A stretch of DNA of 54,780 nt from a virus. Under the pieces are notes generated by a model. It made no database searches. It saw only the letters and a program-made list of their open reading frames with translations, and was not told the origin of the DNA. Positions 19,722-29,484 of this stretch are shown piece by piece; the first letter of the stretch is position 1; each line of letters begins with the position of its first letter. The stretch spans positions 1 through 54,780 of IMG/VR virus record IMGVR_UViG_3300017830_000022, one strand, 5' to 3'. The translations under genes and the position numbers were made by a program.

Positions 19722-20272
19722 ATGCGGATATAAAAGAAATACTAGAGCAGCACGTGGCGTGGCTACGTGACCCGAAATCAGGGAGACAAGCAAACCTTCG
19801 CTACGCAAATCTCCACGGCGCAAACCTCCGCGACGCAGACCTCCACAAAGCGGATCTCCACAGAGTAGACCTCCGCGACGCAAACCTCCGCGACGCAAAC
19901 CTCTGCGACGCAAACCTCTGCGACGCAAACCTCTACGGGGCAAACCTCTGCGACGCAAACCTCCGCGACGCAAACCTTATCGGTGCAGACCTCCGCGACG
20001 CAAACCTCTGCGACGCAAACCTTATCGACGCAAACCTCCGCGACGCAAACCTTATCGGCGCAAACCTCCGCGACGCAAACCTCTACGGCGCAAATCTCCA
20101 CGGCGCAAACCTCCGCAGTGCAAACCTCCTGAGAGCCTCGTTGTGTCGCGCTACAATTGACGGAGCTAAATTAGCCTTCGAGGATATCGGAGGGCCTGGA
20201 CATATCCTTTGCGCCCTTACTGATCAGGAGTGGGAGCAAATTAAAGCTCAACGCGAGAAAGAAACCCCATGA
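19718..20272 (+). CDS. Pentapeptide-repeat protein 1
   Basis: 184 aa, ATGA-coupled to the SNF2 gene. ~25 consecutive A(N/D)Lxx pentapeptides followed by a ~45-aa non-repeat tail. Confidence 0.9.
   Translation: MNADIKEILEQHVAWLRDPKSGRQANLRYANLHGANLRDADLHKADLHRVDLRDANLRDANLCDANLCDANLYGANLCDANLRDANLIGADLRDANLCDANLIDANLRDANLIGANLRDANLYGANLHGANLRSANLLRASLCRATIDGAKLAFEDIGGPGHILCALTDQEWEQIKAQREKETP
19790..20135 (+). repeat. 15-nt periodic coding repeat array (GCAAACCTCCGCGAC-like)
   Basis: Visible tandem 15-nt units encoding ANLRD-type pentapeptides. They generate spurious antisense ORFs. Confidence 0.9.
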
Positions 20273-20802
20273 CCCAAGACCCCTATCATCAATTCCGTGT
20301 CCACGACACAAGTAAAATGAAAGAGCTGTCCGAATTATGCGACAGGCTCGAACGCGCTCGGCAAGTTGTCGAAGATTACGAGCAACAACTCGAAGACGCG
20401 ATGGACGTTGTCAAGGCGTTAGAGAGCCGGGAGATCCCCGATTTGATGCGCGAGCTCGACATGACCGAGGTCACCTTCGGCAATGGTCGCAAAGTGGCGG
20501 TGTCTGTCAAATATAAAGGCGGCATCGCCAAGGAAAATCGCGCCGCTGCGTTTGTCGTCCTTCGCGAGATGGATGAGGCCGGCATGATTAAAGGAGAAGT
20601 CAGAGCTAAGTTTGGTGCTGGAGATGAAAAGGCACAGAAGTTATATAAACAGCTCCAGGCTCGTGGCATAGATGTCGCGTATGACGAAAATGTCCACCAC
20701 AGCACCATCAGCTCCTGGGCAAACAAGCGGATGAAAGCCGGCGAAGTCGTACCGCCCGAGCTTGGTCTTTTCCCCCATACAACGGTGAAAATTACGCCAT
20801 GA
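20269..20802 (+). CDS. Hypothetical protein flanked by the two pentapeptide genes
   Basis: 177 aa, ATGA-coupled on both sides. N-terminal coiled-coil. No family recognised. Confidence 0.7.
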   Translation: MTQDPYHQFRVHDTSKMKELSELCDRLERARQVVEDYEQQLEDAMDVVKALESREIPDLMRELDMTEVTFGNGRKVAVSVKYKGGIAKENRAAAFVVLREMDEAGMIKGEVRAKFGAGDEKAQKLYKQLQARGIDVAYDENVHHSTISSWANKRMKAGEVVPPELGLFPHTTVKITP

Positions 20803-21278
20803 GTGCGGATATAGAAAAAACATTAAAGCAACACGTGGCGTGGTTACGTGACCCAAGTCTAGGGAGACAAGCAAACCTTCGCTACGCAAACCTCCGCAAC
20901 GCAAACCTCCACGGCGCAAACCTCCGCGACGCAGACCTCCACAAAGCGGATCTCTGCGGTGCAAACCTCCACGGCGCAAACCTCCGCGACGCAGACCTCC
21001 ACAAAGCGGATCTCCACAGAGTAGACCTCCGCAACGCAAACCTCCGCAACGCAAACCTCCGCGACGCAAACCTCCACGATGCAGACCTCCGCAACGCAAA
21101 CCTCCACGATGCAGACCTCCGCAACGCAAACCTCCACAGAGTAGACCTCCGCGACGCAAACCTCTACGGGGCAAACCTCTGCGACGCAAACCTCCGCGGG
21201 GCAAACCTTATCGGTGCAGACCTCCGCGACGCAAACCTCATCAACGCAGACCCCCATGATGTGTCGCGCTACAGTTGA
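20799..21278 (+). CDS. Pentapeptide-repeat protein 2 (C-terminally truncated relative to paralog 1)
   Basis: 159 aa with ~26 A(N/D)Lxx units. The 5' ~100 nt are highly similar to 19718... It stops inside a region homologous, out of frame, to the paralog 1 cap. Confidence 0.85.
   Translation: MSADIEKTLKQHVAWLRDPSLGRQANLRYANLRNANLHGANLRDADLHKADLCGANLHGANLRDADLHKADLHRVDLRNANLRNANLRDANLHDADLRNANLHDADLRNANLHRVDLRDANLYGANLCDANLRGANLIGADLRDANLINADPHDVSRYS
20871..21255 (+). repeat. 15-nt periodic coding repeat array
   Basis: Same unit family as 19790..20135. Confidence 0.9.
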
Positions 21279-21367
21279 CGGAGCTAAATTAGCCTTGACG
21301 AAGCACAACGCAACCTAGATCGATTTCTTTTAAATTAATTCCAAAAAGCAAACAGAAAGATCAAGCA

Positions 21368-22222
21368 ATGCCCGAAAAAAAGAAAAAGAAGATCAAGAAG
21401 AAAAAAGATGACGCTCTGGCCACCACTGGCGAGACTGCCCTTGCTCAAAGTGGCGGCGAGGATTGGGGGGAGTACGCCGATCAAGGCAACGAGAACCTTG
21501 GTCAAGACGACCTCGCCACACCATTCCTGGGCCTTGCACAGAGCAAGAGCCCGGAGATCGAAGACCCGGAAAAGAAAATCCCTGGCCTCGAGCTTGGAGA
21601 TATCTTCAACCCCATCACACAGGAGATCTACGAGCGGCCCCTTACTTTCGTGCCTGTGACCTTCCGAACCCGCTGGTGCCTCTGGGCGGACCAGAAGGCG
21701 GGAGGCGGATTCAAAGGCGATTTCGGCCCGAATGATAAATTCGTCCGAGACGCATTGCAAAATCACATGGGCGACTCACCGAGTCCGATACTTCCAGACG
21801 GGTCAACGCTACTCGAAACGAAAGAACTATTCGCAATTCTTAACCCATTTGAGAAGCCCGAGATCGTATTGATCAGCCACGCAAAGACGAAAATCAAAGT
21901 CTTCAAGCGACTGATGACCGCATTGAACACGCCCTACATGATGCGCCCAGCAAGCAAACGACCGCCTATGTTTGCGAAGGTTTGCCAGATGGATACGTTC
22001 CACACGAAGAGCGCCGCGGGGCATATTTACTACAACTACAACTACACGCCCGAGATGATTGAAGGCCGGATCCGATTACTGCTGCCTTCTCATGAGATCA
22101 TGTCCATCGCTGCTGAGCTCTGCAAGAGCGTTAACGACGGTACTGTGAAGACACAGGCACCGTCTGCCGACGGCCCCATGGACGTTGAAGTGATGGACCC
22201 CGACGACATTCCGTTCGATTAA
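21368..22222 (+). CDS. Putative ssDNA-binding/annealing protein with SSB-like acidic C-terminal tip
   Basis: 284 aa. Poly-Lys N-terminus. C-terminus ...VMDPDDIPFD resembles the bacterial SSB tip DDDIPF. Located in the replication module. Confidence 0.35.
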   Translation: MPEKKKKKIKKKKDDALATTGETALAQSGGEDWGEYADQGNENLGQDDLATPFLGLAQSKSPEIEDPEKKIPGLELGDIFNPITQEIYERPLTFVPVTFRTRWCLWADQKAGGGFKGDFGPNDKFVRDALQNHMGDSPSPILPDGSTLLETKELFAILNPFEKPEIVLISHAKTKIKVFKRLMTALNTPYMMRPASKRPPMFAKVCQMDTFHTKSAAGHIYYNYNYTPEMIEGRIRLLLPSHEIMSIAAELCKSVNDGTVKTQAPSADGPMDVEVMDPDDIPFD

Positions 22223-22304
22223 GTCGAAACGGAATTTGCCTCACGGCGAGGCTGACCGGCCGCGGCCCGTGCGATTCGGGCCATCTTTTTCGGAGAAACC
22301 CAAA

Positions 22305-23522
22305 ATGCCTTTCACCCCCAAACAAATCGCCGCCATCGAAGCCGCTTGCGCCTTCACCGAAAGCGGCGAGCTCGACCGACCCTTTCTTCTCAGCGGCGAG
22401 GCGGGTACCGGAAAGACTTATGTCGCCCGTGAAATCGCCAAGCAGGCCGGAGGCCACGTCGGATTCGCGGCGTTCACTGGTAAGGCGGCCCAGATGTTGC
22501 ATTCGAAGGGGTGTATGGGGGCACAGACAATACACAGCCTGATCTACGCGCCAACGATGCGCTGCCAAAAACGACTTCGCGCGCTGAAAAAGCAACGAGC
22601 CGAAATGCTTGAAAAAGGCATTCCCGAGAATCACACGCAGGTCCAGGGCATCGATAAGGCCATCTCTGATGAAGAGAAGAACGTCGCCCGACCCAATTTC
22701 AAGCTGCAACTCGATTCCGTCCTCGAAGAGATGAGCACATTGATTGTTGACGAAGCCTCCATGGTCGGTGATCAAGTCTGGGAAGACCTGTTCACGTTCC
22801 GCAAACCGATCATTGCGCTGGGCGACCCGTACCAGCTACCGCCAGTGATGGCCAAATGCTCCATCATCAATCGCAAACCTGACTTCCTTTTGACTGAAAT
22901 CCACAGGCAGAAGAAAGGATCTGCAATCCTCGACATGGCTGGGCAAGTACGTCGAGGGAAATTCAATCCCAACGATTTTCCAAAATTCGAAGATCGCCCA
23001 GATGCGGAAGCCTCAGTTACGCCATGGAAGGGGCTCAAGCTTGAGGATGCGGCCAAGTTTGACCAGATCCTTTGCGGCGCCAACAAAACACGACGCGCAA
23101 TCAACAAGGCGTATCGCGAGCGCGTGTTGAACATCACCGACCCTCTTCCGCAAGTCGGAGATCGTCTCGTCTGCCTGCGCAATTCCAGCGAGTACGGCAT
23201 CATGAACGGGCAGCAATGGGTTGCGACAGAAGTTGTCGAAGAACCAGGCTTTCTTTACTTGTCTCTCGAAAATGACGACGGCAAGAAGGTAGCATGCCCC
23301 GTACATGCAGCCCCTTTCCTTGGCCATGACATCCCGCATTACGAACGGCGGGACGCGGAAGAATTTGACTATGCTTATGCGATTACTGTGCACAAAGCAC
23401 AGGGGTCGCAATGGGATCGTGTCGTCGTTGTGGATCAAAGCGCTATGTTCAGAAATGACCGACACAAGTGGCTTTACACCGCGGTCACGCGAGCGGCCGA
23501 ACAAGTCTTGCTCGTGAAATAG
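22305..23522 (+). CDS. SF1 helicase, RecD/Dda-like
   Basis: ATG 22305 chosen. Motifs GEAGTGKT (Walker A), IVDEASMV (Walker B), ITVHKAQGSQWD, LYTAVTRA. Confidence 0.8.
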   Translation: MPFTPKQIAAIEAACAFTESGELDRPFLLSGEAGTGKTYVAREIAKQAGGHVGFAAFTGKAAQMLHSKGCMGAQTIHSLIYAPTMRCQKRLRALKKQRAEMLEKGIPENHTQVQGIDKAISDEEKNVARPNFKLQLDSVLEEMSTLIVDEASMVGDQVWEDLFTFRKPIIALGDPYQLPPVMAKCSIINRKPDFLLTEIHRQKKGSAILDMAGQVRRGKFNPNDFPKFEDRPDAEASVTPWKGLKLEDAAKFDQILCGANKTRRAINKAYRERVLNITDPLPQVGDRLVCLRNSSEYGIMNGQQWVATEVVEEPGFLYLSLENDDGKKVACPVHAAPFLGHDIPHYERRDAEEFDYAYAITVHKAQGSQWDRVVVVDQSAMFRNDRHKWLYTAVTRAAEQVLLVK

Positions 23523-23535
23523 ACAGGATAGAACA

Positions 23536-23766
23536 ATGAACAAAGACGAACGACATTGCCCCGAAAACAATTGGGTTTCGGGGTTTCTCTATATTTTGGC
23601 CCAAGATCATATACCTTTCGGCAAGATCGAAGAGATCATGCTGCGAATGCGATCCTCTAATGGGGCACCGCAAAGAATTGATTTTGACAAAAACGACCCG
23701 CTGGGCAAGTGGGCTGAAGAAGCCGCAAAGGAGCTTGTGCAAAATGGCGAGAAGAAAGCGGTTTGA
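23536..23766 (+). CDS. Hypothetical protein
   Basis: 76 aa. Overlaps the polymerase start by 23 nt. Confidence 0.45.
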   Translation: MNKDERHCPENNWVSGFLYILAQDHIPFGKIEEIMLRMRSSNGAPQRIDFDKNDPLGKWAEEAAKELVQNGEKKAV

Positions 23767-25663
23767 AAACGCCGTTGGCCAAACGTGGATGTTTGGCCCC
23801 GAGTCGGATTGGAAGCCGCCCGACCTTTCTTCCCTCCCAAGCTGGCCCACTACTGGGCGAGTGGGGCTCGACATTGAGGCTCGCGACCCGCATCTCGACA
23901 AAAAGAAAGGCGGAGGGATCTCCGTTCGCCGAGGCGGGTATGTGACGGGGGTGTCTTTTGGATTCACGGACGGTTTCGCCAAATACACCCCTACCGCTCA
24001 GCTGGGAGGCGGGAATCTCCCCGCCGACAAAGTCTACCAATATTACCGCGATCAAGCCGCTCGGTTCGAAGGCGAGCTCGTACTTGCCAATGCCTCATTC
24101 GACCTCGACTATCTTGCCGAACTCGGCATCGTTTTCAAGCGGGCCAAAATTCGAGACGTTCTCAACGCGGCGCCCCTTCTTTGGGAGCATCACGATAGTT
24201 ATCGTCTTGACGCTGTCGCTAAGCGAGCCGGACTCGAAGGGAAGAACGAAACGCTACTCCGCCAGGCTGCTGAGATGGCTAACATCGACCCGAAGAAAGA
24301 TTTGTGGCAACTGCCCGCATCCGTTGTCGGGCCCTATGCGGAACAAGATGCTTTGGAGCCCCTCAAAGTCTACACAACTCAATACCCGCAACTCGAAAAA
24401 GAACGCCTCCTAGATATCTGGAATCTCGAAAGCGAACTTCTGCCCATCCTCATCAAGATGCGGAGGCGCGGCGTGAAAGTCGATTTCGACCAGCTCGATC
24501 GCGTCGAAGCATGGGCCCTAGCCAAATGTGACGACCATCTCGCCGAGATCGCCCACCTCACTGGACATCGTCTCAGCCGAAAAGATTTGAACAAGTCTGC
24601 CGCCAAAGCTCGTCCTCTCGAACACGTGGGCATACGTGTCCCCCTCACCGATGCGGGAAACCCCTCCGTCTCCAAAGAGTTGCTGGAATCTATCGACCAT
24701 CCCGTCGGTCTCGCGCTTCGCAAGGCATCCGGATATCTAAAAACGTCGCAAACATTTGCGACGTCCGTGCGAATCTATGCCGTCAAAGGACGGGTCCATC
24801 CCGAGTTCGTGCAAGTTCGCCGCACCAAAGACGACGGCACAGCTCAAGGCGCGACGCCAGGACGACTGAGTTGCGTCTCCCCCAATCTGCAGCAACAGCC
24901 TTCTGGTCGACCACCCTTCGAGGAGCTCGGTCCCATGTGGCGCGCCATCTACGTCCCCGACGACCCAGATTCGCAATGGGGCTGTTTCGATTACAGCCAA
25001 CAAGAGCCGCGAATGATGGCGGCCGACGCCGAGCGACTCGGCTGTACGGGCGGGGCCGCGATCGCCGAACGATACCGCCAGGACCCGAACACCGACAATC
25101 ACACCATGATGGCCGAGATCACCGGCCTGCCCAGGAAAATCGCCAAGAATATTTTTCTGGGCAAGTGCTACGCGATGGGCGGGGCTCGATTCGCCCAGCA
25201 AGTGGGGCTCCCGATCAAGGTGATCACCAAACGAAGCGGCAAGAAATTCGAAGCGGCTGGCGATGAGGCGGCAGAGATGCTCCGGATCTTCGACGAAAAG
25301 GTGCCTTACGTTCGTGAGCTCGCTAAGAAAGCCGAAGCGCAGGCCAACAAACTAGGGTACATCCGCACGATACTCGGCCGCAAGTGTCGTTTCACGCCTG
25401 CGCAGCTACGTGCGGGAAAGGCCTACAAGGCACTCAATCGTCGCATCCAAGGATCGTCTGCGGACCAGATGAAAAAAGCCATGATTCTTGCGGAACAAGC
25501 GGGGTTTAAACTACGGTTACAAGTCCATGACGAAGTCGACAAGGACATCTTGCCGGGAGAAGACCCGCGCGAACTAGCGCAGATCATGATGGATGCCGTG
25601 CCCAGTACGGTGCCGTTCTGGGTGGATGTAGAGACAGGCCCAAATTGGGGGGAGATCTCGTGA
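23744..25663 (+). CDS. Family A DNA polymerase with 3'-5' exonuclease domain
   Basis: Exonuclease motifs GLDIEA, NASFDLDYL, YAEQDA. Polymerase motifs DYSQQEPRMMA (A), RKIAKNIFLGKCYAMG (B), LQVHDEV (C). Confidence 0.9.
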   Translation: MARRKRFENAVGQTWMFGPESDWKPPDLSSLPSWPTTGRVGLDIEARDPHLDKKKGGGISVRRGGYVTGVSFGFTDGFAKYTPTAQLGGGNLPADKVYQYYRDQAARFEGELVLANASFDLDYLAELGIVFKRAKIRDVLNAAPLLWEHHDSYRLDAVAKRAGLEGKNETLLRQAAEMANIDPKKDLWQLPASVVGPYAEQDALEPLKVYTTQYPQLEKERLLDIWNLESELLPILIKMRRRGVKVDFDQLDRVEAWALAKCDDHLAEIAHLTGHRLSRKDLNKSAAKARPLEHVGIRVPLTDAGNPSVSKELLESIDHPVGLALRKASGYLKTSQTFATSVRIYAVKGRVHPEFVQVRRTKDDGTAQGATPGRLSCVSPNLQQQPSGRPPFEELGPMWRAIYVPDDPDSQWGCFDYSQQEPRMMAADAERLGCTGGAAIAERYRQDPNTDNHTMMAEITGLPRKIAKNIFLGKCYAMGGARFAQQVGLPIKVITKRSGKKFEAAGDEAAEMLRIFDEKVPYVRELAKKAEAQANKLGYIRTILGRKCRFTPAQLRAGKAYKALNRRIQGSSADQMKKAMILAEQAGFKLRLQVHDEVDKDILPGEDPRELAQIMMDAVPSTVPFWVDVETGPNWGEIS

Positions 25664-26064
25664 AGGAAAAGACAGCCCGAAAAAATATCGTCGCTGCGAT
25701 CGCGACCTACCGCCATGCGATGGCGGTAGAAAATCCTGCCCATCCCGGCACGCCAGACATCAATTTCGCAGGCGGCTGGATTGAGGTCAAGTCCCGCGAC
25801 GAATGGCCGGCACGGGCAACGACTCCCGTACGTCCTCGGCATCCGCTCATGATGGAGCAAATTCGGTGGATCCGGACAAGAGTGGGGACGGGAAGAGATA
25901 AGGTCTATATCGCTTTTGTCGTGGGAAAACAGTACATGTTTTTCGATGGGCTGAAAGGCATTGAGATCATCGGCTTGGCTAATCGAAAAGATCTGGAGGC
26001 TGCGGCACTTTTAAGTTGTACACGCCCGGCATTAGAATCGAACCTTCGTCAGCTTCTTGGCTAA
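25660..26064 (+). CDS. VRR-NUC-like PD-(D/E)xK nuclease
   Basis: GTG 25660 (GTGA overlap with the polymerase stop). GTPDINFAGGWIEVKS is the PD...ExK core. Confidence 0.6.
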   Translation: MKEKTARKNIVAAIATYRHAMAVENPAHPGTPDINFAGGWIEVKSRDEWPARATTPVRPRHPLMMEQIRWIRTRVGTGRDKVYIAFVVGKQYMFFDGLKGIEIIGLANRKDLEAAALLSCTRPALESNLRQLLG

Positions 26065-26081
26065 TTGACAGGCCCACTGCA

Positions 26082-28595
26082 ATGCAGCCGAACTACGAAG
26101 AAACCTTTACCTTCCTTAAAAAACATTCACCAAAAAATCATTGGGTTCTTGTTGGCATCTCTCCTGAAGACCGGAGCATTGTAGGCGCGTCATTTGACGT
26201 CAATCAGCAAAAAGAAACGATCCATTGGCTGGAGACGCGGAATCAGCAGCAACGGCTGAACGTTTACTTCTGCGTCAACCCCACGATCAAACCGATCATG
26301 AAGAAACCCAAGCGCACGGACATCGCTCGTGTCACGCATCTTCATCTGGATCTTGACCCTGCCCCCATGCCGAACGATTTTGAGGGAACGAAGGAAGCGT
26401 GGATCGATGATGAGCAGCAGCGAATTTATGGCGTCCTGACATCCGCTCGTCCAGAACCTACAACGGTTTTGTTTAGCGGCGGGGGCTATCAGGCGTTTTG
26501 GAAACTAGAGATCCCTATCGAGATCGACGGCGACGTAGAGGCAGCCGAAGAAGCGCGTCTTTACAACATGGGCCTCGAACAGAGATACGGTGGCGACCAA
26601 TGCCACAACATCGATCGGGTCATGCGGCTGCCCGGCACAATCAACTGGCCCGACGCAAAGAAGCGAAAGAAGGGACGGGAGCCCTGTCTATCTTCCATCA
26701 TCTGGCATAACGATAATGTTTACGAACTAAGCCAATTCGTTCCGGGTGTGACGAAAACGACGAAGAAGTCTTCTGCGAAAGATCGCGCGGCCCAGCAAGA
26801 GAAGCTTACGAACGCAGCGCTTAATCGCAATATGCCCGCGTCGCTGAAATACATCATCAAAAATGGAGAAGACCCCGACAAACCCGATCGTTGGGATGGC
26901 GATCGTTCGGCTATGGTCTGGTTCGTCACGTGCGAGATGTTCCGTTATTCCGCGTCAGAAGAGCAAGTCGTTTCCGTCTTGACCAATCCGCTCCTTCGAA
27001 TTTCTGGGCACGTTCTCGACCAGAACGACCCCGAAGACTATGCCCGTCGTCAGTGGGCCCGAGCAGAAGAAAATGCGGTCGACCCCAAACTTGTCGAGCT
27101 CAACGACCGCCATGCCATACTGCTCGAAAAAGGCATGATTCTCACAGAAAAACCCGGCCATCCGCCCATCATCCAAAGTCGCGCTGATTTCCATTTGCGC
27201 TATATGAATCGCTACGTTGAAGTGCCCGAAGGAGACGGAACGAAAATAAAAAAGATTGACCTGGCCCAGTGGTGGTTGAGACACCCGCAGCGAAGAGAGT
27301 ACGAGGACATGCATTACGCTCCCTTCGATAAGGACCCCCGTCGGTACAACCGTTGGTGCGGCTTTGCGGTCGAGCCCAAAGAAGGCGACTGTTCCATGTT
27401 TCTTGAACACGCCAAAGATGTGATCTGTGCGGGCAACGACGACCATTTCGAGTATCTTGTCCGGTGGATGGCGCATTGCATCCAAAACCCACACAGGCTG
27501 GGCGAAGTGGCGGTCGTTATTCATGGTGACCAAGGCACGGGCAAATCGTTATTCTGCAAAGAGATCTGCCACATCTTTGGGTTGGGCAAGCACGCGATCT
27601 CGGTGGCAAACGTTGAACACGTAGTTGGTCGGTTCAACGCCCACCTGTCACAGTGCTCGTTGCTTTTAATCGAAGAAGCCAACTTCACGCGCGATAAGAA
27701 GAGTATCCCGATTCTCAAAACGCTGGTCACGGAAAGTGACATGGCGATCGAGATGAAATACCAAGACCTCACGTATGGTAAGAACCATATGCATGTCATG
27801 ATGACATCGAACGATACGTGGGTCGTGCCGGCGGAGATCAACGAGCGCCGGTTTTTTGTACTGCGGGCTTCGTCCACGCATCGCCAGAACCCAAAGTATT
27901 TCGCACGATTCGTCAAGACAATGGAAGAAGGAGGTCGTGAAGCGTTGCTCCAATTTTTGATGAAGGTTGATTTGACAAATTTCAACATCCGGATCTTCCC
28001 GCATTCGGATTCGCTTCAAACCCAGAAGATGCAATCGCTTAGTGTGGAACAGGCATGGTGGTACGAGAAGTTGGATTCAGGCGAACTGTTCGAGGGAGAG
28101 GTCTGGCCGGACAACAAAAATCTCCACGCTTGGTGCAAACATGTTCGGAGTTCGTTTATCGCCCATACCCGACGATGGGGGTCGAAAGAACGGATCAGCC
28201 AACAGAAGCTCAATCAGTATCTACGCACGTTCATGCCCAGCGGTGTGGCTGAGCGTCGCCGTCTTACCAAAAGCGTGGATCATAAAAATCCAGAGACAGG
28301 CGAAATGGAAAGACTTGACCGCCCGCATTACTATCGATTGCCCACCCTTCGAGAATGCCGCGAATGGTGGGACAGAAACTTTGGCGGCCCCTACGAGTGG
28401 GTCGCGCCAGAAGGCATACAAGAGGAACTACCCATATGGAAGAAAAAAAGACCCCGACCCAAGAACCCCGAACTACCGCCACTGATTCCGCTCGAACTAC
28501 CGCCAGCAATGAAAGAAAGGGAGGAGGAGAGGAAGAGACAAGAGGAAGAGAAGAAAGCGAAGGAGATGGCAAATCCCGATATACCGACATCATGA
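26082..28595 (+). CDS. Primase-polymerase / SF3 (P4-D5-type) helicase
   Basis: ATG 26082 chosen. Prim-pol-like HLHLDLD and FSGGGYQAFW. GDQGTGKS Walker A and LLLIEEA Walker B. Highly charged C-terminal tail. Confidence 0.8.
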   Translation: MQPNYEETFTFLKKHSPKNHWVLVGISPEDRSIVGASFDVNQQKETIHWLETRNQQQRLNVYFCVNPTIKPIMKKPKRTDIARVTHLHLDLDPAPMPNDFEGTKEAWIDDEQQRIYGVLTSARPEPTTVLFSGGGYQAFWKLEIPIEIDGDVEAAEEARLYNMGLEQRYGGDQCHNIDRVMRLPGTINWPDAKKRKKGREPCLSSIIWHNDNVYELSQFVPGVTKTTKKSSAKDRAAQQEKLTNAALNRNMPASLKYIIKNGEDPDKPDRWDGDRSAMVWFVTCEMFRYSASEEQVVSVLTNPLLRISGHVLDQNDPEDYARRQWARAEENAVDPKLVELNDRHAILLEKGMILTEKPGHPPIIQSRADFHLRYMNRYVEVPEGDGTKIKKIDLAQWWLRHPQRREYEDMHYAPFDKDPRRYNRWCGFAVEPKEGDCSMFLEHAKDVICAGNDDHFEYLVRWMAHCIQNPHRLGEVAVVIHGDQGTGKSLFCKEICHIFGLGKHAISVANVEHVVGRFNAHLSQCSLLLIEEANFTRDKKSIPILKTLVTESDMAIEMKYQDLTYGKNHMHVMMTSNDTWVVPAEINERRFFVLRASSTHRQNPKYFARFVKTMEEGGREALLQFLMKVDLTNFNIRIFPHSDSLQTQKMQSLSVEQAWWYEKLDSGELFEGEVWPDNKNLHAWCKHVRSSFIAHTRRWGSKERISQQKLNQYLRTFMPSGVAERRRLTKSVDHKNPETGEMERLDRPHYYRLPTLRECREWWDRNFGGPYEWVAPEGIQEELPIWKKKRPRPKNPELPPLIPLELPPAMKEREEERKRQEEEKKAKEMANPDIPTS

Positions 28596-29188
28596 TCGAT
28601 ATCGAAACGTTGGGAACGCAACCCGACTCAACCATTTTGAGCATCGGCGCGCATCCATTTTGGTTTTATGCGCCTATGGAATATAGTGAATATTGGGACG
28701 GCGACCGGATGACCAGGAGAAAAAAGAAACTTCCTGCGGTCGGTCCCATTGAAGACGGATTCTATCGACGTATAGATATTTATTTGAGCGAACCGCTTCG
28801 CGTAAGCCCAGGGACGCTGCTCTTCTGGGCACGCCAACCGCCTGAAAGTTTTCGGGATCTTCTCGACCCCGAGGGCGCGGTGCACCTCGGCACCGCGCTC
28901 ATCGATCTGGCAACCTGGATCGGCCACAAAGGATTCCGTGGCACTGCGCCACGAATCTGGGCAAACGACCCGAGCTTTGATCTGGTCATGCTTACCCGGG
29001 CGTATCACAGCCAAAGTCTAAAGCTTCCGTGGGAATTTCGACAAGAACGGAGCTACCGAACAATTAAAAATCACGTCGACCTAAATGACATTGGTCGAAA
29101 TCTTCCTCACCACCATGCCCATTTTGATGCGATGCATCAAGCAAGGGAATTGGCCGGGATTGGGGATCTGATTGAGGGGAAGGAATAA
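28592..29188 (+). CDS. DnaQ-like 3'-5' exonuclease
   Basis: ATG 28592 (ATGA overlap). MIDIETLG (Exo I), NDPSFDLVML (Exo II), HHAHFDAMHQA (Exo III). Confidence 0.75.
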   Translation: MIDIETLGTQPDSTILSIGAHPFWFYAPMEYSEYWDGDRMTRRKKKLPAVGPIEDGFYRRIDIYLSEPLRVSPGTLLFWARQPPESFRDLLDPEGAVHLGTALIDLATWIGHKGFRGTAPRIWANDPSFDLVMLTRAYHSQSLKLPWEFRQERSYRTIKNHVDLNDIGRNLPHHHAHFDAMHQARELAGIGDLIEGKE

Positions 29189-29191
29189 GCA

Positions 29192-29479
29192 ATGGATGAC
29201 GAACAGCTCAAAATGGCGCTCAGAGTTGAGCGGCAAAAGTATATTTACCGCGACTGCGCATTGGATGAGATCAAAAAAGAACGAAAGCTCCAAGAGCGAA
29301 AATACAGCCTAAAGCACGACGCCGAACATTCGTATGAAGAGTTCGTTGCACTCATTGTACATTATGCAGGAAGAGGTGTTTACGCGAACTCGAATCCGCC
29401 GACTCTACCCAAACGCCATGCAATGGTGAAAGTCGCCGCACTTGCTCTAGCGTACCTTGAGCAAAACAGACAGGAATAA
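29192..29479 (+). CDS. Hypothetical protein (possibly small all-alpha NTP-pyrophosphohydrolase-like)
   Basis: 95 aa in the nucleotide-metabolism neighbourhood. The functional guess is weak. Confidence 0.4.
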   Translation: MDDEQLKMALRVERQKYIYRDCALDEIKKERKLQERKYSLKHDAEHSYEEFVALIVHYAGRGVYANSNPPTLPKRHAMVKVAALALAYLEQNRQE

Positions 29480-29484
29480 AAACA

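Noticed and set aside
19790-21255. Possible CRISPR-like or satellite arrays because of the dense short repeats.
   Set aside because: The period is 15 nt with no unique spacers. The repeats are in frame and encode pentapeptide units inside two ORFs.
19716-21308. Long antisense and alternative-frame ORFs (e.g. 19716..19973 -, 19778..20101 -, 20641..21204 -, 20859..21308 -, 20882..21124 -) with GLRRRGL or EVCVAEVC repeats.
   Set aside because: They are mirror images of the 15-nt pentapeptide coding repeats. The + strand frames have coupled starts, non-repeat N-termini and the canonical A(N/D)Lxx pattern, so the others are repeat-generated artefacts.
22236-28591. Upstream extensions of ORF-track starts (22236, 23660, 25645, 26016, 28355).
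   Set aside because: Each extension overlaps the preceding gene substantially. Internal ATG/GTG starts give ATGA/GTGA-type coupling and begin at the conserved domain.
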